Shown: positions 9,283 to 19,105 of the stretch, in pieces | Layout of the letters: each line of letters opens with the position of its first letter | Position numbering within the stretch: position 1 is the first letter of the stretch | IMG/VR virus record: IMGVR_UViG_3300020050_015887 | Span: 1 to 64,000 of that record | DNA length: 64,000 nucleotides | Reading direction: 5' to 3' (one strand) | From: a virus | Taxonomy: Duplodnaviria; Caudoviricetes | Made by a program: the position numbers and the translations under genes | The notes under the pieces: generated by a model | The model's input: only the letters and a program-made list of their open reading frames with translations | Told to the model about the DNA's origin: nothing | Database searches by the model: none

Positions 9283-9993
9283 TTATATTTTATTACGTTT
9301 TTTAATATTTTCAGAATCCCACAAAGGTTGTAAGTTTGTATAATGACATAATTTATACAATTCTTCAACCGTTTTGGCTTTTGATAATGGATAAATATGG
9401 TCTAAACTCCAATATCCATTTCCTTTGCCTTGATTATCCCAATTCATTCCAGGTTGAAATAGTTTTTCAATATAAACTTTAAGTTCTTCTGGTGAACAAC
9501 CAATGTATTCATTAAATTTTTCTTTTTTATTCCAATTTTTACTTTTTAACATAGCATAAGTTCTATTTCTAATATAATCTTTTAATTTAAATAAATTATT
9601 TTTGCGTTTATTTTTCATTCTGGTTTTGGAATATAAATTACTATGAATTTTAAAACATTTTTTTGAACATGTTTTTTTCTTAATGGTTTGCGACATAATA
9701 CAAAAGCAGGTAGAACATGTTTTAACTTTAAAATTCTGTATTCTTTTTTTAAGTTTTGTCATTTTTTTATATTTATTGTCACATTCTACAGAACAATAAT
9801 TGGTTTTTTTTAATTTAATAGACCAATAAAATACTCTATTGCAGTATTTACAACAAAGCAATAAATTAAGATTTTGTAATTTTTTATAATAGTTTATTTT
9901 ATTTTTAAGACGTAAACAATTGAAATTATTACAATTTATTTTATTTTTATATTTACTAACAAATGTAATATTACAAAATAAGCATTTTCTCAT
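9283..9993 (-). CDS. HNH homing endonuclease with CxxC repeats
   Basis: GCSPEELKVYIEKLF...WSLDHIYPLS...CHYTNLQPLW..ENIKK; inverted relative to flanking genes and very AT-rich. Confidence 0.8.
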   Translation of the reverse strand: MRKCLFCNITFVSKYKNKINCNNFNCLRLKNKINYYKKLQNLNLLLCCKYCNRVFYWSIKLKKTNYCSVECDNKYKKMTKLKKRIQNFKVKTCSTCFCIMSQTIKKKTCSKKCFKIHSNLYSKTRMKNKRKNNLFKLKDYIRNRTYAMLKSKNWNKKEKFNEYIGCSPEELKVYIEKLFQPGMNWDNQGKGNGYWSLDHIYPLSKAKTVEELYKLCHYTNLQPLWDSENIKKRNKI

Positions 9994-10034
9994 AATATTT
10001 ATATATTAACACAAATTATTATAAAAAACAAGAG

Positions 10035-10056
10035 TTATTTTAACATTTAATAATAG
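10035..10056 (+). promoter_or_regulatory. putative late promoter motif copy
   Basis: TTATTTTAACATTTAATAATAG upstream of scaffold gene. Confidence 0.6.
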
Positions 10057-10123
10057 AGGCATTATCCCAATGTGGGACATGCTTTTCCAAACTATCTATT
10101 ATTAGACGTTTTAAAGGAATTAT

Positions 10124-11110
10124 ATGTCTGAACAAGTATCCGCTCCTGTTGCTGCACCCGCAGCTACCGCTCCAGTAGAAACCCCTTCTACCGCACAAGA
10201 AACCAATCAAAGTCCTGCTGAATTAGAAGCTGGTGCTATTGATGGTGTTGAATCTGAAGAAGGTTCAGAAGAAGCCTCTGAAGAAACCAAACCAGAAGCT
10301 AAAAAACGCATCAAGCAATTAAAATTAAAAGTATTTGGTAAAGAAGTTCTTGAAGATCTTCCGTTTGAAATTGATGAAGATCCTAAAGTAATGGAATACC
10401 TACAAAAACAACTTCAATTAGCTAAAATGGGTCACAAAAATGGACAAGAAGCCACAACCTATAAAAAACAATTAGATGATGTTGCAGATTTCTTAAAAGG
10501 TGCTAGCCAAGATCCTAAACAAGCACGAGAATTATTAAAAGAATTAAAGATTGATGAAGCTAAGCTCATCGAATCTATTTTAGAAGAAGCTGAAGAACTA
10601 GCCAAAAAATCCCCAGAACAAATTCAACGTGAAAAACTTGAAGCCGAACTTAAAGCTTTAAAAGATGAACGCGAGCAAGAAAAAAAGCAATCTGAAGAAC
10701 GTGAATTCCAACGTCTTGTAGAATTAGAAACTCAAAAATACGATCAATCTATTGATGAAGCTGTTTCTTCTAGTAGCCTACCTAAATCTGAATATGTCAT
10801 TAAAAAAGTAGCTGATTATATGTTAATCGGTTTACGTAATGGTATTGATGTTCAACCTAAAGATGTTATTTCTTTAGTTGAAGAAGAAGTTCACGCTGAG
10901 TTTAAACAAATGATTGAACTTATGGGTGAAGATAAGGCCGAACAGTTTATTGGACAGGATGTATTAAAGAAAATCCGTAAGAAAAATTTAGCTAAGGCTA
11001 AACCAGCCGTTCCAGTAAATAAAAGTGTTCTATCAACTAGCAATAAACCTAAAGAAAAACAAGATGTTAACTCTAAAAAACAAACATTTAAAGATTTCTT
11101 AGGGGTTTAA
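10124..11110 (+). CDS. capsid scaffolding protein
   Basis: Acidic low-complexity N-terminus, long coiled coil, basic C-terminus ending KDFLGV; between portal and capsid genes. Confidence 0.75.
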   Translation: MSEQVSAPVAAPAATAPVETPSTAQETNQSPAELEAGAIDGVESEEGSEEASEETKPEAKKRIKQLKLKVFGKEVLEDLPFEIDEDPKVMEYLQKQLQLAKMGHKNGQEATTYKKQLDDVADFLKGASQDPKQARELLKELKIDEAKLIESILEEAEELAKKSPEQIQREKLEAELKALKDEREQEKKQSEEREFQRLVELETQKYDQSIDEAVSSSSLPKSEYVIKKVADYMLIGLRNGIDVQPKDVISLVEEEVHAEFKQMIELMGEDKAEQFIGQDVLKKIRKKNLAKAKPAVPVNKSVLSTSNKPKEKQDVNSKKQTFKDFLGV

Positions 11111-11137
11111 TACACAATTTATTATTTTAGTCAACAC

Positions 11138-11158
11138 TTATTTTAACATTTAGTTATA
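11138..11158 (+). promoter_or_regulatory. putative late promoter motif copy
   Basis: TTATTTTAACATTTAGTTATA upstream of the capsid operon. Confidence 0.6.
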
Positions 11159-11188
11159 TAAGATTTTGTCTTTTTAAAACTTCTCCTA

Positions 11189-11233
11189 CGACTTTATGTA
11201 ACCTTACGGGCATAAATATCCAACCGGAAGTCG
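11189..11233 (+). other. predicted structured 5' leader of capsid operon
   Basis: CGACTT/AAGTCG closing stem enclosing TTATG/CATAA and TCC/GGA hairpins. Confidence 0.35.
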
Positions 11234-11282
11234 ATAAAAGCGAACAATAACAATAATTAACAATATATTACAAGGAGTAATA

Positions 11283-11747
11283 ATGTCTGCTTTTGAAGCT
11301 AAAAATGAATTAGTTCGTGGTAGGCAAGATAAAGTTCAAAGCCTAGTAATCCCGCTTACAATTGCTGGATCTGCAACCGCTGCGAACGTTGTTTGCCGAA
11401 ACGATGAGCCCGGTTTTGTGTTTTTACAAACCGAAGGTGTTGATCAAATTACTGCTGCGCTAAGCACTAACGAAACTGCTACTTATACTACTGCCGCTAA
11501 CGACGCTAACGGAATTTTCCGAATTCTCGTTAAAATCGACGAGCCAGTTGTAAAAGTTTGCGGCGCTTTTCTAAGTCGTCGTTCTGCTGCTGCACAAGAA
11601 CCTGTGTTCTTAGGTAGTGCTACCGGTATTACCACTGGTTCAGGTGGTGGTCAGTCAATCATGCTTGTTGCCGATTCTGCACTCGCCCTTAACAGCGGGT
11701 CAAACACTCTCGACGCTTGCTTAATTGTTCAATACGTTGCTGAATAA
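11283..11747 (+). CDS. putative virion (head decoration) protein
   Basis: Strong AGGAG RBS; capsid-like codon usage; directly upstream of the major capsid gene. Confidence 0.55.
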   Translation: MSAFEAKNELVRGRQDKVQSLVIPLTIAGSATAANVVCRNDEPGFVFLQTEGVDQITAALSTNETATYTTAANDANGIFRILVKIDEPVVKVCGAFLSRRSAAAQEPVFLGSATGITTGSGGGQSIMLVADSALALNSGSNTLDACLIVQYVAE

Positions 11748-11772
11748 TTTAAATAAATAATAGGAGAAATAA

Positions 11773-13035
11773 ATGTCTGCTACAGCTAATACGTGGGGAA
11801 ATCCTGCAGGGGACGTCGGTACCCTTAATGGTCTTTTTAAAGAGACTTATGCCGATAAATTAAAAGAATTAATTCCAGATGGAGTTAAGGTTCTAAACAT
11901 GATTAAGTTCATGCCTAAAGGCAAACAGCCTGGTAACCTTTTCCACCAACCAGTGGTGTTAGGTCTAGAACACGGTATTACGTTTGCCGGATCTGATGAA
12001 GATGCGTTCAATCTATTACCGCCTGTTGCTGGTCAAATCAAAGATGCACAAGTAAAAGGTAATCCTAAAGTATTACGTTCACTCCTTGGTTATGCTGCTG
12101 CTTCACGCGCTGCACAAGGCGGAGCGCAATCTTTCATGGACGCTACTAAATTTCTTGTAGCTAATATGCTCCGTTCCATGGCCAAAAAGCTAGAAATCGA
12201 AATGCTTTATGGTCAAATGGGCTACGGCGTTGTTGAAGGAACCCCTGCTGGTGCAGTCATTACGATTGAAACCGCAGAATGGGCACCTGGAATTTGGGCT
12301 GGTGCTGAAAATATGCCAGTTGAAATCCGCAATGCTGCTGGTTCAACGTCTCGTGGTGAATTCACTGTTGTTTCAGTGGATCTCTCTGCACGTACCGTCA
12401 CTCTCAATGCTTCAGCACAAGCTGCTGGTGTTGTTGATACTGATGTTATCTGGCACAAAGGCGCTTACGGCAATGAATTTGCTGGCGTTCACAAAATCCT
12501 CAGTCAATCAACCGGAACGTTGTTTAATATCAACGTTGCAACTTATAACTTATTCCGTGGAAACAGCTTCTCCGCTTCAAGTGGTGCGCTATCTTTCGCG
12601 AAACTAAGCGAAGCTGCTGCACGCGCGATTGAAAAGGGTCAAGAAGGTAAACTAGTTGCACTTATTAACGTTCGTGCATGGGCTAACCTACTAAACGACC
12701 AAGCTGCGCTACGTAAGTATGATGACAGCTATAGCAAAAAACGCCTAGAAAACGGCGCTGAAGCTCTAACCTTCTATTCTCAAAACGGTGAGATTGATAT
12801 TATGCCTTCAATCTACGTTAAAGAAGGTTATGCTTACTTGCTAAGCACTGAAGAATGGTCACGCGTTGGTTCAACGGATATGACTTTCAATATCCCTGGC
12901 CGCACTGATGAGTTCTTACGTCAAGCTACGGATGCTGCTGCTTACGAACTACGCTTGTATACTGATCAAGCTGTGTTCTGCGCTGCACCTGGACGCAACG
13001 TGTTAATTAACTCTATCGTTAACAGCGAAGTTTAA
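11773..13035 (+). CDS. major capsid protein
   Basis: 420 aa after scaffold; AGGAG RBS; highly biased codons; LNGLFKETY N-arm and ELRLYTDQAVFC..PG C-terminal pattern; followed by a terminator. Confidence 0.85.
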   Translation: MSATANTWGNPAGDVGTLNGLFKETYADKLKELIPDGVKVLNMIKFMPKGKQPGNLFHQPVVLGLEHGITFAGSDEDAFNLLPPVAGQIKDAQVKGNPKVLRSLLGYAAASRAAQGGAQSFMDATKFLVANMLRSMAKKLEIEMLYGQMGYGVVEGTPAGAVITIETAEWAPGIWAGAENMPVEIRNAAGSTSRGEFTVVSVDLSARTVTLNASAQAAGVVDTDVIWHKGAYGNEFAGVHKILSQSTGTLFNINVATYNLFRGNSFSASSGALSFAKLSEAAARAIEKGQEGKLVALINVRAWANLLNDQAALRKYDDSYSKKRLENGAEALTFYSQNGEIDIMPSIYVKEGYAYLLSTEEWSRVGSTDMTFNIPGRTDEFLRQATDAAAYELRLYTDQAVFCAAPGRNVLINSIVNSEV

Positions 13036-13060
13036 TTAATAAAAATATATAGTTAAAGAA

Positions 13061-13089
13061 GGGTCGGGAAGAAATTCCCGGCCTTTTTT
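13061..13089 (+). terminator. intrinsic terminator after capsid gene
   Basis: GGTCGGGAA-GAAA-TTCCCGGCC stem-loop followed by a T-run. Confidence 0.85.
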
Positions 13090-13118
13090 ATTTTATTATA
13101 TTTAATATATATTTTGAG

Positions 13119-13141
13119 CTTATTTTAACATTTAATTATAG
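13119..13141 (+). promoter_or_regulatory. putative late promoter motif copy
   Basis: CTTATTTTAACATTTAATTATAG, identical to 27606-27628; just after the capsid terminator. Confidence 0.65.
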
Positions 13142-13167
13142 ATGATTGTAAAAGGTAAAGGATAATA

Positions 13168-13656
13168 ATGCCTGAAATTGATATTGGCGGGACAATAATT
13201 GATATCCCAAATACAGGCGCTCAGCCTATCTGGTCTGAACCTGTTATTGCTGGTTTTGAGGCTACCGCAGAAGCCCTATCCGGTTTAGTTGGCGCTGGTG
13301 ACATTAGCCGACAAGAATTTACTCTTAATAACTCACATAACCCCGGAACAGACATTGTTTTAACGGGTTTAAGTTTTAATCCAACTTTAGTACGTGGTGC
13401 TTTTATTAACTATACAGTTACTCGTAACACCACAAGTCCAACAGCCACTATTGTTGAAGTTGGTAATATGAATATTATTTATAACGGTGAAAACTCAAGT
13501 GGTTTAAAGTGGGAATGCCAACGTGAATATGTTGGTGATGCACAAATTACTTTTTCCGTTCAAGATGACGGTCAATTTTTATTTACAACCGCAGCTATTG
13601 GCGGAGTAACACATACTGGAACAATTGCATTTACTGCTACAGCATTGTTACAATAA
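13168..13656 (+). CDS. putative virion structural protein
   Basis: Beta-rich, Thr/Gly-rich; first gene of the tail block. Confidence 0.55.
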   Translation: MPEIDIGGTIIDIPNTGAQPIWSEPVIAGFEATAEALSGLVGAGDISRQEFTLNNSHNPGTDIVLTGLSFNPTLVRGAFINYTVTRNTTSPTATIVEVGNMNIIYNGENSSGLKWECQREYVGDAQITFSVQDDGQFLFTTAAIGGVTHTGTIAFTATALLQ

Positions 13657-13668
13657 GAAAGATTTTAC

Positions 13669-15405
13669 ATGGCTACAGGATTTAAAAATTTCTTTGGTGG
13701 AATAACACTAGTTCCAAAATCAGTTTCTACGGTGTCTGCTGGCGGAGATATGGAATTCCTTTCAAGTGTTAGCAAAGCCAATTTACACAATGGAATTTCT
13801 GCTAGTCCAGTAGTAACAGAAGCTCACGCGGCTACACTCACTAATAAAACTATTAACGGTAATGATAACACTATAACAAATATTCCTGATAGTGCATTAC
13901 CCGCCGACATTGTTTATACAAACGATGCACAAGTCCTCACAAACAAAACTTTGGGCACAACTAATACTGTCAACCTACTTGATAGTCAATTCACGCTCCA
14001 AGACGGTGCTAGCCCGTCTAAAGCGGCTAATTTTGAACTGTCTGGTATTAGTGCATCTACGACACGAGTTATTAGTGTTCCTGATGCTGATATTACTTTA
14101 GTTGGAACAGATAACGCTCAAACTCTTTCTAATAAAACATTAGATAATACATCTGCAATTGATATTAAAGATAGTGAATTAGTATTAGAAAACGCTGGTG
14201 ATTCTGATGTTAAAGCTAGATTTGATTTAACCGGGTTAGATTTTGGTGTTACCACAGTATTTAATATGCCAGTTGGTGATACTACCTTAGTTGGAATAGA
14301 TTCCACTCAAACATTAACAAATAAAACTATTAATGGTAGTGTAAACACGGTAACAAATATTAATTTGGCAAACCAAGCAAGTGGTGCGGCTACTAACGGA
14401 CAAGTAGCAACAGCAAACGGAAGCGGCGGAGTTACATTTACTACGCCTACAAATATTCCAAAAAACTATGCACAAAATCCTGGGTTTGATATTTGGCAAC
14501 GTCAAACAACCAACACTACAGCAAACGCTGGTAGAAATTATATTTGCGACAGGTGGTATACAAACAATCTTTTAGGAACTAACGGTGTGATCACTACTTC
14601 TCGTCAAACTGGTAATATTAATGGAAGTAAATATGGTTTACGACAAGTTATTAGCACTGCACCTACGGCATTACAAACTAACGGTTGTGAATTATATCAA
14701 GTACTTGAAAACCAAGATTCATTGACCTTTTATGATCAAACAGCATCCTTTTCAATTTATGTTAGAGGACAAGGTAACGTTAACCAGGTTGGTATTCAAT
14801 TTTATTATGCTACATCAGAAGTGGCGCTTACAACATCTATTGGAAGTGAAGTTACAGCTACAGTATCTTCTGGCGCTGATACACTAGTTAAAATTGATGG
14901 TCAGGCTATTGGTACATCAATGACAACATCTGGAGTTATTGGTGTTCGTATTCGTATCACTGGGGTTTCTTCTGGTAATACTTATGACCTAAACAACGGG
15001 TTTCAAGTAGAACAAGCAATGCTTAATTTGGGTTTATTAGCTGGAACATTTAATAAACCTAGTATGCAAGAAATTACTTCTACCTGTTTACGTTTTTACG
15101 AAAAGTCTTATGCGCCTGCTACTTTTGCCGGAAGTGCAACTCCAATTGGATGTGAATCTCGTGTTCGTGGTGACGGTAGTAATATTTTAAGCGTGAGATA
15201 TCAAATACCTAAACGTGGAACTGGAAATATTGTTGCCTACAGTACAAATACAGGCACCAGCGCTAAAGTGTTTGATCCAACAGCTTCCGCAGATAGAGAT
15301 GCAAATTTAACCAATGGAAGCGTAAACGGATTTCACGCCGATCCGGGTAGCGCAACAGTTGGTAGAACCTATTTATTTCAATGGATTGCAGATTCAGAAA
15401 TTTAA
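13669..15405 (+). CDS. tail fibre / receptor-binding protein
   Basis: Repeated (T/V)L(T/S)NKT(I/L) shaft repeats; C-terminal NPGFDIWQR...DRW...CLRFYEKS carbohydrate-binding-like domain. Confidence 0.75.
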   Translation: MATGFKNFFGGITLVPKSVSTVSAGGDMEFLSSVSKANLHNGISASPVVTEAHAATLTNKTINGNDNTITNIPDSALPADIVYTNDAQVLTNKTLGTTNTVNLLDSQFTLQDGASPSKAANFELSGISASTTRVISVPDADITLVGTDNAQTLSNKTLDNTSAIDIKDSELVLENAGDSDVKARFDLTGLDFGVTTVFNMPVGDTTLVGIDSTQTLTNKTINGSVNTVTNINLANQASGAATNGQVATANGSGGVTFTTPTNIPKNYAQNPGFDIWQRQTTNTTANAGRNYICDRWYTNNLLGTNGVITTSRQTGNINGSKYGLRQVISTAPTALQTNGCELYQVLENQDSLTFYDQTASFSIYVRGQGNVNQVGIQFYYATSEVALTTSIGSEVTATVSSGADTLVKIDGQAIGTSMTTSGVIGVRIRITGVSSGNTYDLNNGFQVEQAMLNLGLLAGTFNKPSMQEITSTCLRFYEKSYAPATFAGSATPIGCESRVRGDGSNILSVRYQIPKRGTGNIVAYSTNTGTSAKVFDPTASADRDANLTNGSVNGFHADPGSATVGRTYLFQWIADSEI

Positions 15406-15417
15406 TAAAGGAAATTA

Positions 15418-15756
15418 ATGTTATTACCTATTCATACACGAACTAATACTCTAATAGATGCTGAACCGTTGGGTTCAAGTTATACTTCTTCTTCAGAAGA
15501 TATTCGAAATTGTGTCGGTTATGCTGCACAATTTGTTTGGACTGATGGAAGTAGCACTTCAGCAAGCGTTGTTGTGCAAGGGTCATTAGATGACACAACT
15601 TATACTGATATTAGTAGTTTTAATATTACCACGACAAGTGGAAGTGCGTTAATTAACGTTGAACGCGCTATGTATACTTTTGTTCGTTTTGTTTTTACTC
15701 GAACTGGTGGTACAGGTGGTACTATTAGTGGTAAAATTTCTGTCAAAGTACAATAA
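15418..15756 (+). CDS. small virion beta-sandwich protein
   Basis: VVVQGSLDDTTYTDI...TFVRFVFT; similar modules occur in 16894-18909. Confidence 0.55.
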   Translation: MLLPIHTRTNTLIDAEPLGSSYTSSSEDIRNCVGYAAQFVWTDGSSTSASVVVQGSLDDTTYTDISSFNITTTSGSALINVERAMYTFVRFVFTRTGGTGGTISGKISVKVQ

Positions 15757-15769
15757 ATAAAGGATAAAA

Positions 15770-16003
15770 ATGGCTTATATTATTATTGCAATTGATGCCG
15801 GTAGTGATTCTATCGGACAATTAAATTCACAAGTTCAAAAACCAACACAACCACATGATGAAGCAGTTGCTCTACGCAATTATTTAGAAAAAATGCTTGC
15901 TGGCGCTAAAGATGCTGATTTTTATGTTGTAACTCGTGATACTGATCCAGTAGTGGCAACGTCTGGCAGCGGAAGTCAAAAAGTTAACTATAGCTTAAAA
16001 TAA
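15770..16003 (+). CDS. hypothetical virion protein
   Basis: AAGGA RBS; in tail block. Confidence 0.55.
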   Translation: MAYIIIAIDAGSDSIGQLNSQVQKPTQPHDEAVALRNYLEKMLAGAKDADFYVVTRDTDPVVATSGSGSQKVNYSLK

Positions 16004-16007
16004 CTAA

Positions 16008-16889
16008 ATGTCCACATATATTAACATTCCAACTTATAACTGGAAAAACCCAGTTGATGCAGTTGTAGACTTACCAACAACATCAAATCAAATTGGTGAT
16101 GCTAGAGTTGTTGTATCTGAATATGCTGTATATGTTTGGACCGGTAGTGCATGGCAAACTTCCGCAGGCGGCGGAGGTGGTGCCGTTGATAGCGTTAACG
16201 GTCAAACTGGAGTGGTTGTTTTAGATGCACAAGATGTAGAAGCAGTAGCACTTGGTGGTAATACTACTGGTGCAGATGTTTCTTTAGGAACCAATGATGG
16301 TCAAGCTGTTATTGTTAAAACTAATAACACGACAAGACTAACAATTGGTGCGGAAGGTGCATTTACGTTTGTTGCAGGAGATGATGTTGGTGGAATTCCA
16401 AACAACGTTAGTTTAACAGCAGGAAATGGTACAACTGGTGGAATTGGTGCAAACGTTAACATTAAAGCTGGTAATAGTGACACTACTTCAGGAAATATTA
16501 ATTTAGAAGTTTCAGATCAATCTAGTTTTTTTGGTGGTGATGGTAAAATTAGATTTTTAAGTGCTTCTACTGAAATTGGTTACTTTGATTCTAATGGTTT
16601 ATGGATTAATAATCCTACAACTAACGGTATTAGATTATTAAACGCTGCCGGAACCTTTTCTCAAGGGTTTCGTGGTGATCCAGATAACGTTATTGCAAGT
16701 AATTTACTTTGGGGTTTACCGCCAACAATTGGAACAGCAGGACAAGTATTAGCTAGAACGGGCGTGAGTGACACAGAATGGGTTACAATGTCTGGTGCTG
16801 GAGATATGACAAAAGCTGTATACGACACAAATAATCAAAACACAGACATTTTTAATTACGCCACGGCAATGGCAATCGCATTAGGATAA
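16008..16889 (+). CDS. tail fibre/appendage protein
   Basis: N-terminal module shared with 19106-20230; VDSVNGQTGVVVL repeat; Gly-rich. Confidence 0.65.
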   Translation: MSTYINIPTYNWKNPVDAVVDLPTTSNQIGDARVVVSEYAVYVWTGSAWQTSAGGGGGAVDSVNGQTGVVVLDAQDVEAVALGGNTTGADVSLGTNDGQAVIVKTNNTTRLTIGAEGAFTFVAGDDVGGIPNNVSLTAGNGTTGGIGANVNIKAGNSDTTSGNINLEVSDQSSFFGGDGKIRFLSASTEIGYFDSNGLWINNPTTNGIRLLNAAGTFSQGFRGDPDNVIASNLLWGLPPTIGTAGQVLARTGVSDTEWVTMSGAGDMTKAVYDTNNQNTDIFNYATAMAIALG

Positions 16890-16893
16890 TGAT

Positions 16894-18909
16894 ATGAAAA
16901 TACAAGTTGGTGTAGATATTGGTAGTTATACATTTGATGCTGCTGCTAAAACTATTACCTTTTCTGGTTTAGGAACTTTAGCATTAGAACAATTTTTATT
17001 AATTACTAATGTTACCGACAATGTTGTTATTTATCAATTTAATAACCCGGCTTTAGGTGCAAGCCTTGCTGGTAGTGTATTAACATTAGATTTTGATACA
17101 ACAACAATGAGCAACACCGATAGTTTACAAATTTTAATGAACATTGATAATCTTGGTCAACAAACCTCAGAACAATCACAATCCGTGGTGTTGGCTAGCG
17201 ATCAGATGGCTGGCGACAACCTGTTCCCGAATTCGCAAGGCTTGCCAGTTCGAAACATTCCAACGCCTTTATTTCGGACCACGTTTGCAAAGGTGATTGC
17301 GTCGGGCGTCGATACCGATTTCTTTACGCTTCTACAAACCGGCACGGGCATGGCTGTTTCTCAGTCTGCCGGGAACTTAGTGATCACTTCGGGTACTACG
17401 GCAAACTCTGAGACGGTTCTTCGTTCAACGACTTCGTTTCGCAATGAACTAATCTTGCGCTGGCAGACGATTTTGTCTCAGCGCATTGCAAACAATAACT
17501 TTGTTGTGGAATTGGTAGACGTTATCGGTGACGGGTTAGCCATCACGGTGAACTCTGCCACTTCGGTGACAGTCACGATTCCTTCTAATCCGTTCACATC
17601 CCAAAACGTAGGCCAAGGGATAACCATTGGCGTGATCAGTGGAATTGCCTCAGCAGTCCCGCAGCGCGGTGTGATTGCTTCGGTATCGGGTAACAACGTG
17701 ACCTTTACCGTTGCTGGTTTTCCTGGCTCTGGCACTGGTACCTGCTCGCTGTTTGGTTGGAACTATTTTCAAGCAATTTACTCCGGAACGACCGCTACAC
17801 AAATGAGTTTCGATGCTCAGCGCAATGGCTGGAACAGCGGCGTAACTACTGCGACGATCAATACGACCGCCTCCGCTGGCCACATGGGGATCATCAACTC
17901 TAGCTATGGTGTGGCTTCGCTTTTAGATCAGTTAGTTGCGAGTGTGGCGACTATCTCTACAACGATGCGCGCGAGCCGGGTAGTTAATTTACCCGATGAA
18001 ACGGCTGAACTTTTCTTACAGTTTCGTGTCCTAAATGGAACGACGAACCCAGCGTCTACTACTACTTGGACAATCGGCATTGGGGCAGTAGAGGACCTTG
18101 TTTCGCTCCCCGTTTCGTTAGTGAACACAAAGGCGCAACCCTTTAACACTCCGCAACCAGTGCAGGTAGTGAACACTCCAGCCACGACGGTTACGGGTAC
18201 TTTAACTACGGTCACAACTGTAACGAACGTAACCGCTGCAAACTTGGCGTTGCCTGGTATTATTGCGGATGTAGCTTCAGCGGCTATTACAACAACTACA
18301 ACCACTGCGGCGTTTACACCTACGTTTGGTGTTGGTTATTCAATTGTTATTCCTGTGACAGTTGTGACGGGAACCACACCAACATTAGACGTGGCGGTAG
18401 AAGAGTCGGATGATACAGGAACGAACTGGTACAAGGTGTACGACTTCCCGCGCATCACGGCCACTGGCGCTTATCGTAGCCCTATTTTACAATTTAAAGG
18501 TAACAGAGTTCGTTACGTACAAACTATTGCAGGCACTACACCAAGCTTTACTCGTGCAATAAATAGATTACAAATTGCCGCAGTTCCACCTAGATATGTA
18601 CAACTTGTTGACCGTACTATTGTTTTAAATACTTTAAATTCTGTTACTGCTTCATTATATAGTGAAGCCTGTGATAATTATTATTTAAGTTTATCTGTTG
18701 CTTCTCAATCAGCACCAGCTACCGTAGCATTACAATTTAGTGATGATGGTAGCAATTGGCACACAAGTTCGGCTTCAGTAGCAACAGTAGTGGGTATGAA
18801 CGTAGCTAAAATTTCTAACGAACAATGGAAATTTGTTCGAGCAACAGTTACTTCTGACGGAACTAGCGTTGTGTACAATTATGTTTGTATAAAAGCTCAA
18901 GGAGTATAA
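16894..18909 (+). CDS. tail fibre/appendage protein with GC-rich central segment
   Basis: YTFDAAAKTITFSG N-terminus; Thr/Val-rich beta structure; abrupt codon-usage shift. Confidence 0.65.
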   Translation: MKIQVGVDIGSYTFDAAAKTITFSGLGTLALEQFLLITNVTDNVVIYQFNNPALGASLAGSVLTLDFDTTTMSNTDSLQILMNIDNLGQQTSEQSQSVVLASDQMAGDNLFPNSQGLPVRNIPTPLFRTTFAKVIASGVDTDFFTLLQTGTGMAVSQSAGNLVITSGTTANSETVLRSTTSFRNELILRWQTILSQRIANNNFVVELVDVIGDGLAITVNSATSVTVTIPSNPFTSQNVGQGITIGVISGIASAVPQRGVIASVSGNNVTFTVAGFPGSGTGTCSLFGWNYFQAIYSGTTATQMSFDAQRNGWNSGVTTATINTTASAGHMGIINSSYGVASLLDQLVASVATISTTMRASRVVNLPDETAELFLQFRVLNGTTNPASTTTWTIGIGAVEDLVSLPVSLVNTKAQPFNTPQPVQVVNTPATTVTGTLTTVTTVTNVTAANLALPGIIADVASAAITTTTTTAAFTPTFGVGYSIVIPVTVVTGTTPTLDVAVEESDDTGTNWYKVYDFPRITATGAYRSPILQFKGNRVRYVQTIAGTTPSFTRAINRLQIAAVPPRYVQLVDRTIVLNTLNSVTASLYSEACDNYYLSLSVASQSAPATVALQFSDDGSNWHTSSASVATVVGMNVAKISNEQWKFVRATVTSDGTSVVYNYVCIKAQGV

Positions 18910-18910
18910 G

Positions 18911-19099
18911 ATGTTAAAATTAACTGGTATTTGTTATCTTATAGATGAAGATGGTAAATTAAAAGTTTCTAAATCTTTTATTGATGAACTAGGAAATGTT
19001 TCTACTCAAATTGAAGATGCAGAAGAAGCACAATCAATTGTAACAATTGTTGAAACAGAAGAAGAAAAACAAAAAGCTCCTTGGTATAAGTTTTGGTAA
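18911..19099 (+). CDS. small hypothetical protein
   Basis: GGAG RBS; tight packing. Confidence 0.55.
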   Translation: MLKLTGICYLIDEDGKLKVSKSFIDELGNVSTQIEDAEEAQSIVTIVETEEEKQKAPWYKFW

Positions 19100-19105
19100 G
19101 TATTT

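Noticed and set aside
12209-12607. Alternative-frame and antisense ORFs within capsid, tail, ejection and replication genes (e.g. 12209, 12222, 17478, 17928, 38720, 39903, 51621)
   Set aside because: Shadows of biased codon usage in strong genes; no RBS or motifs
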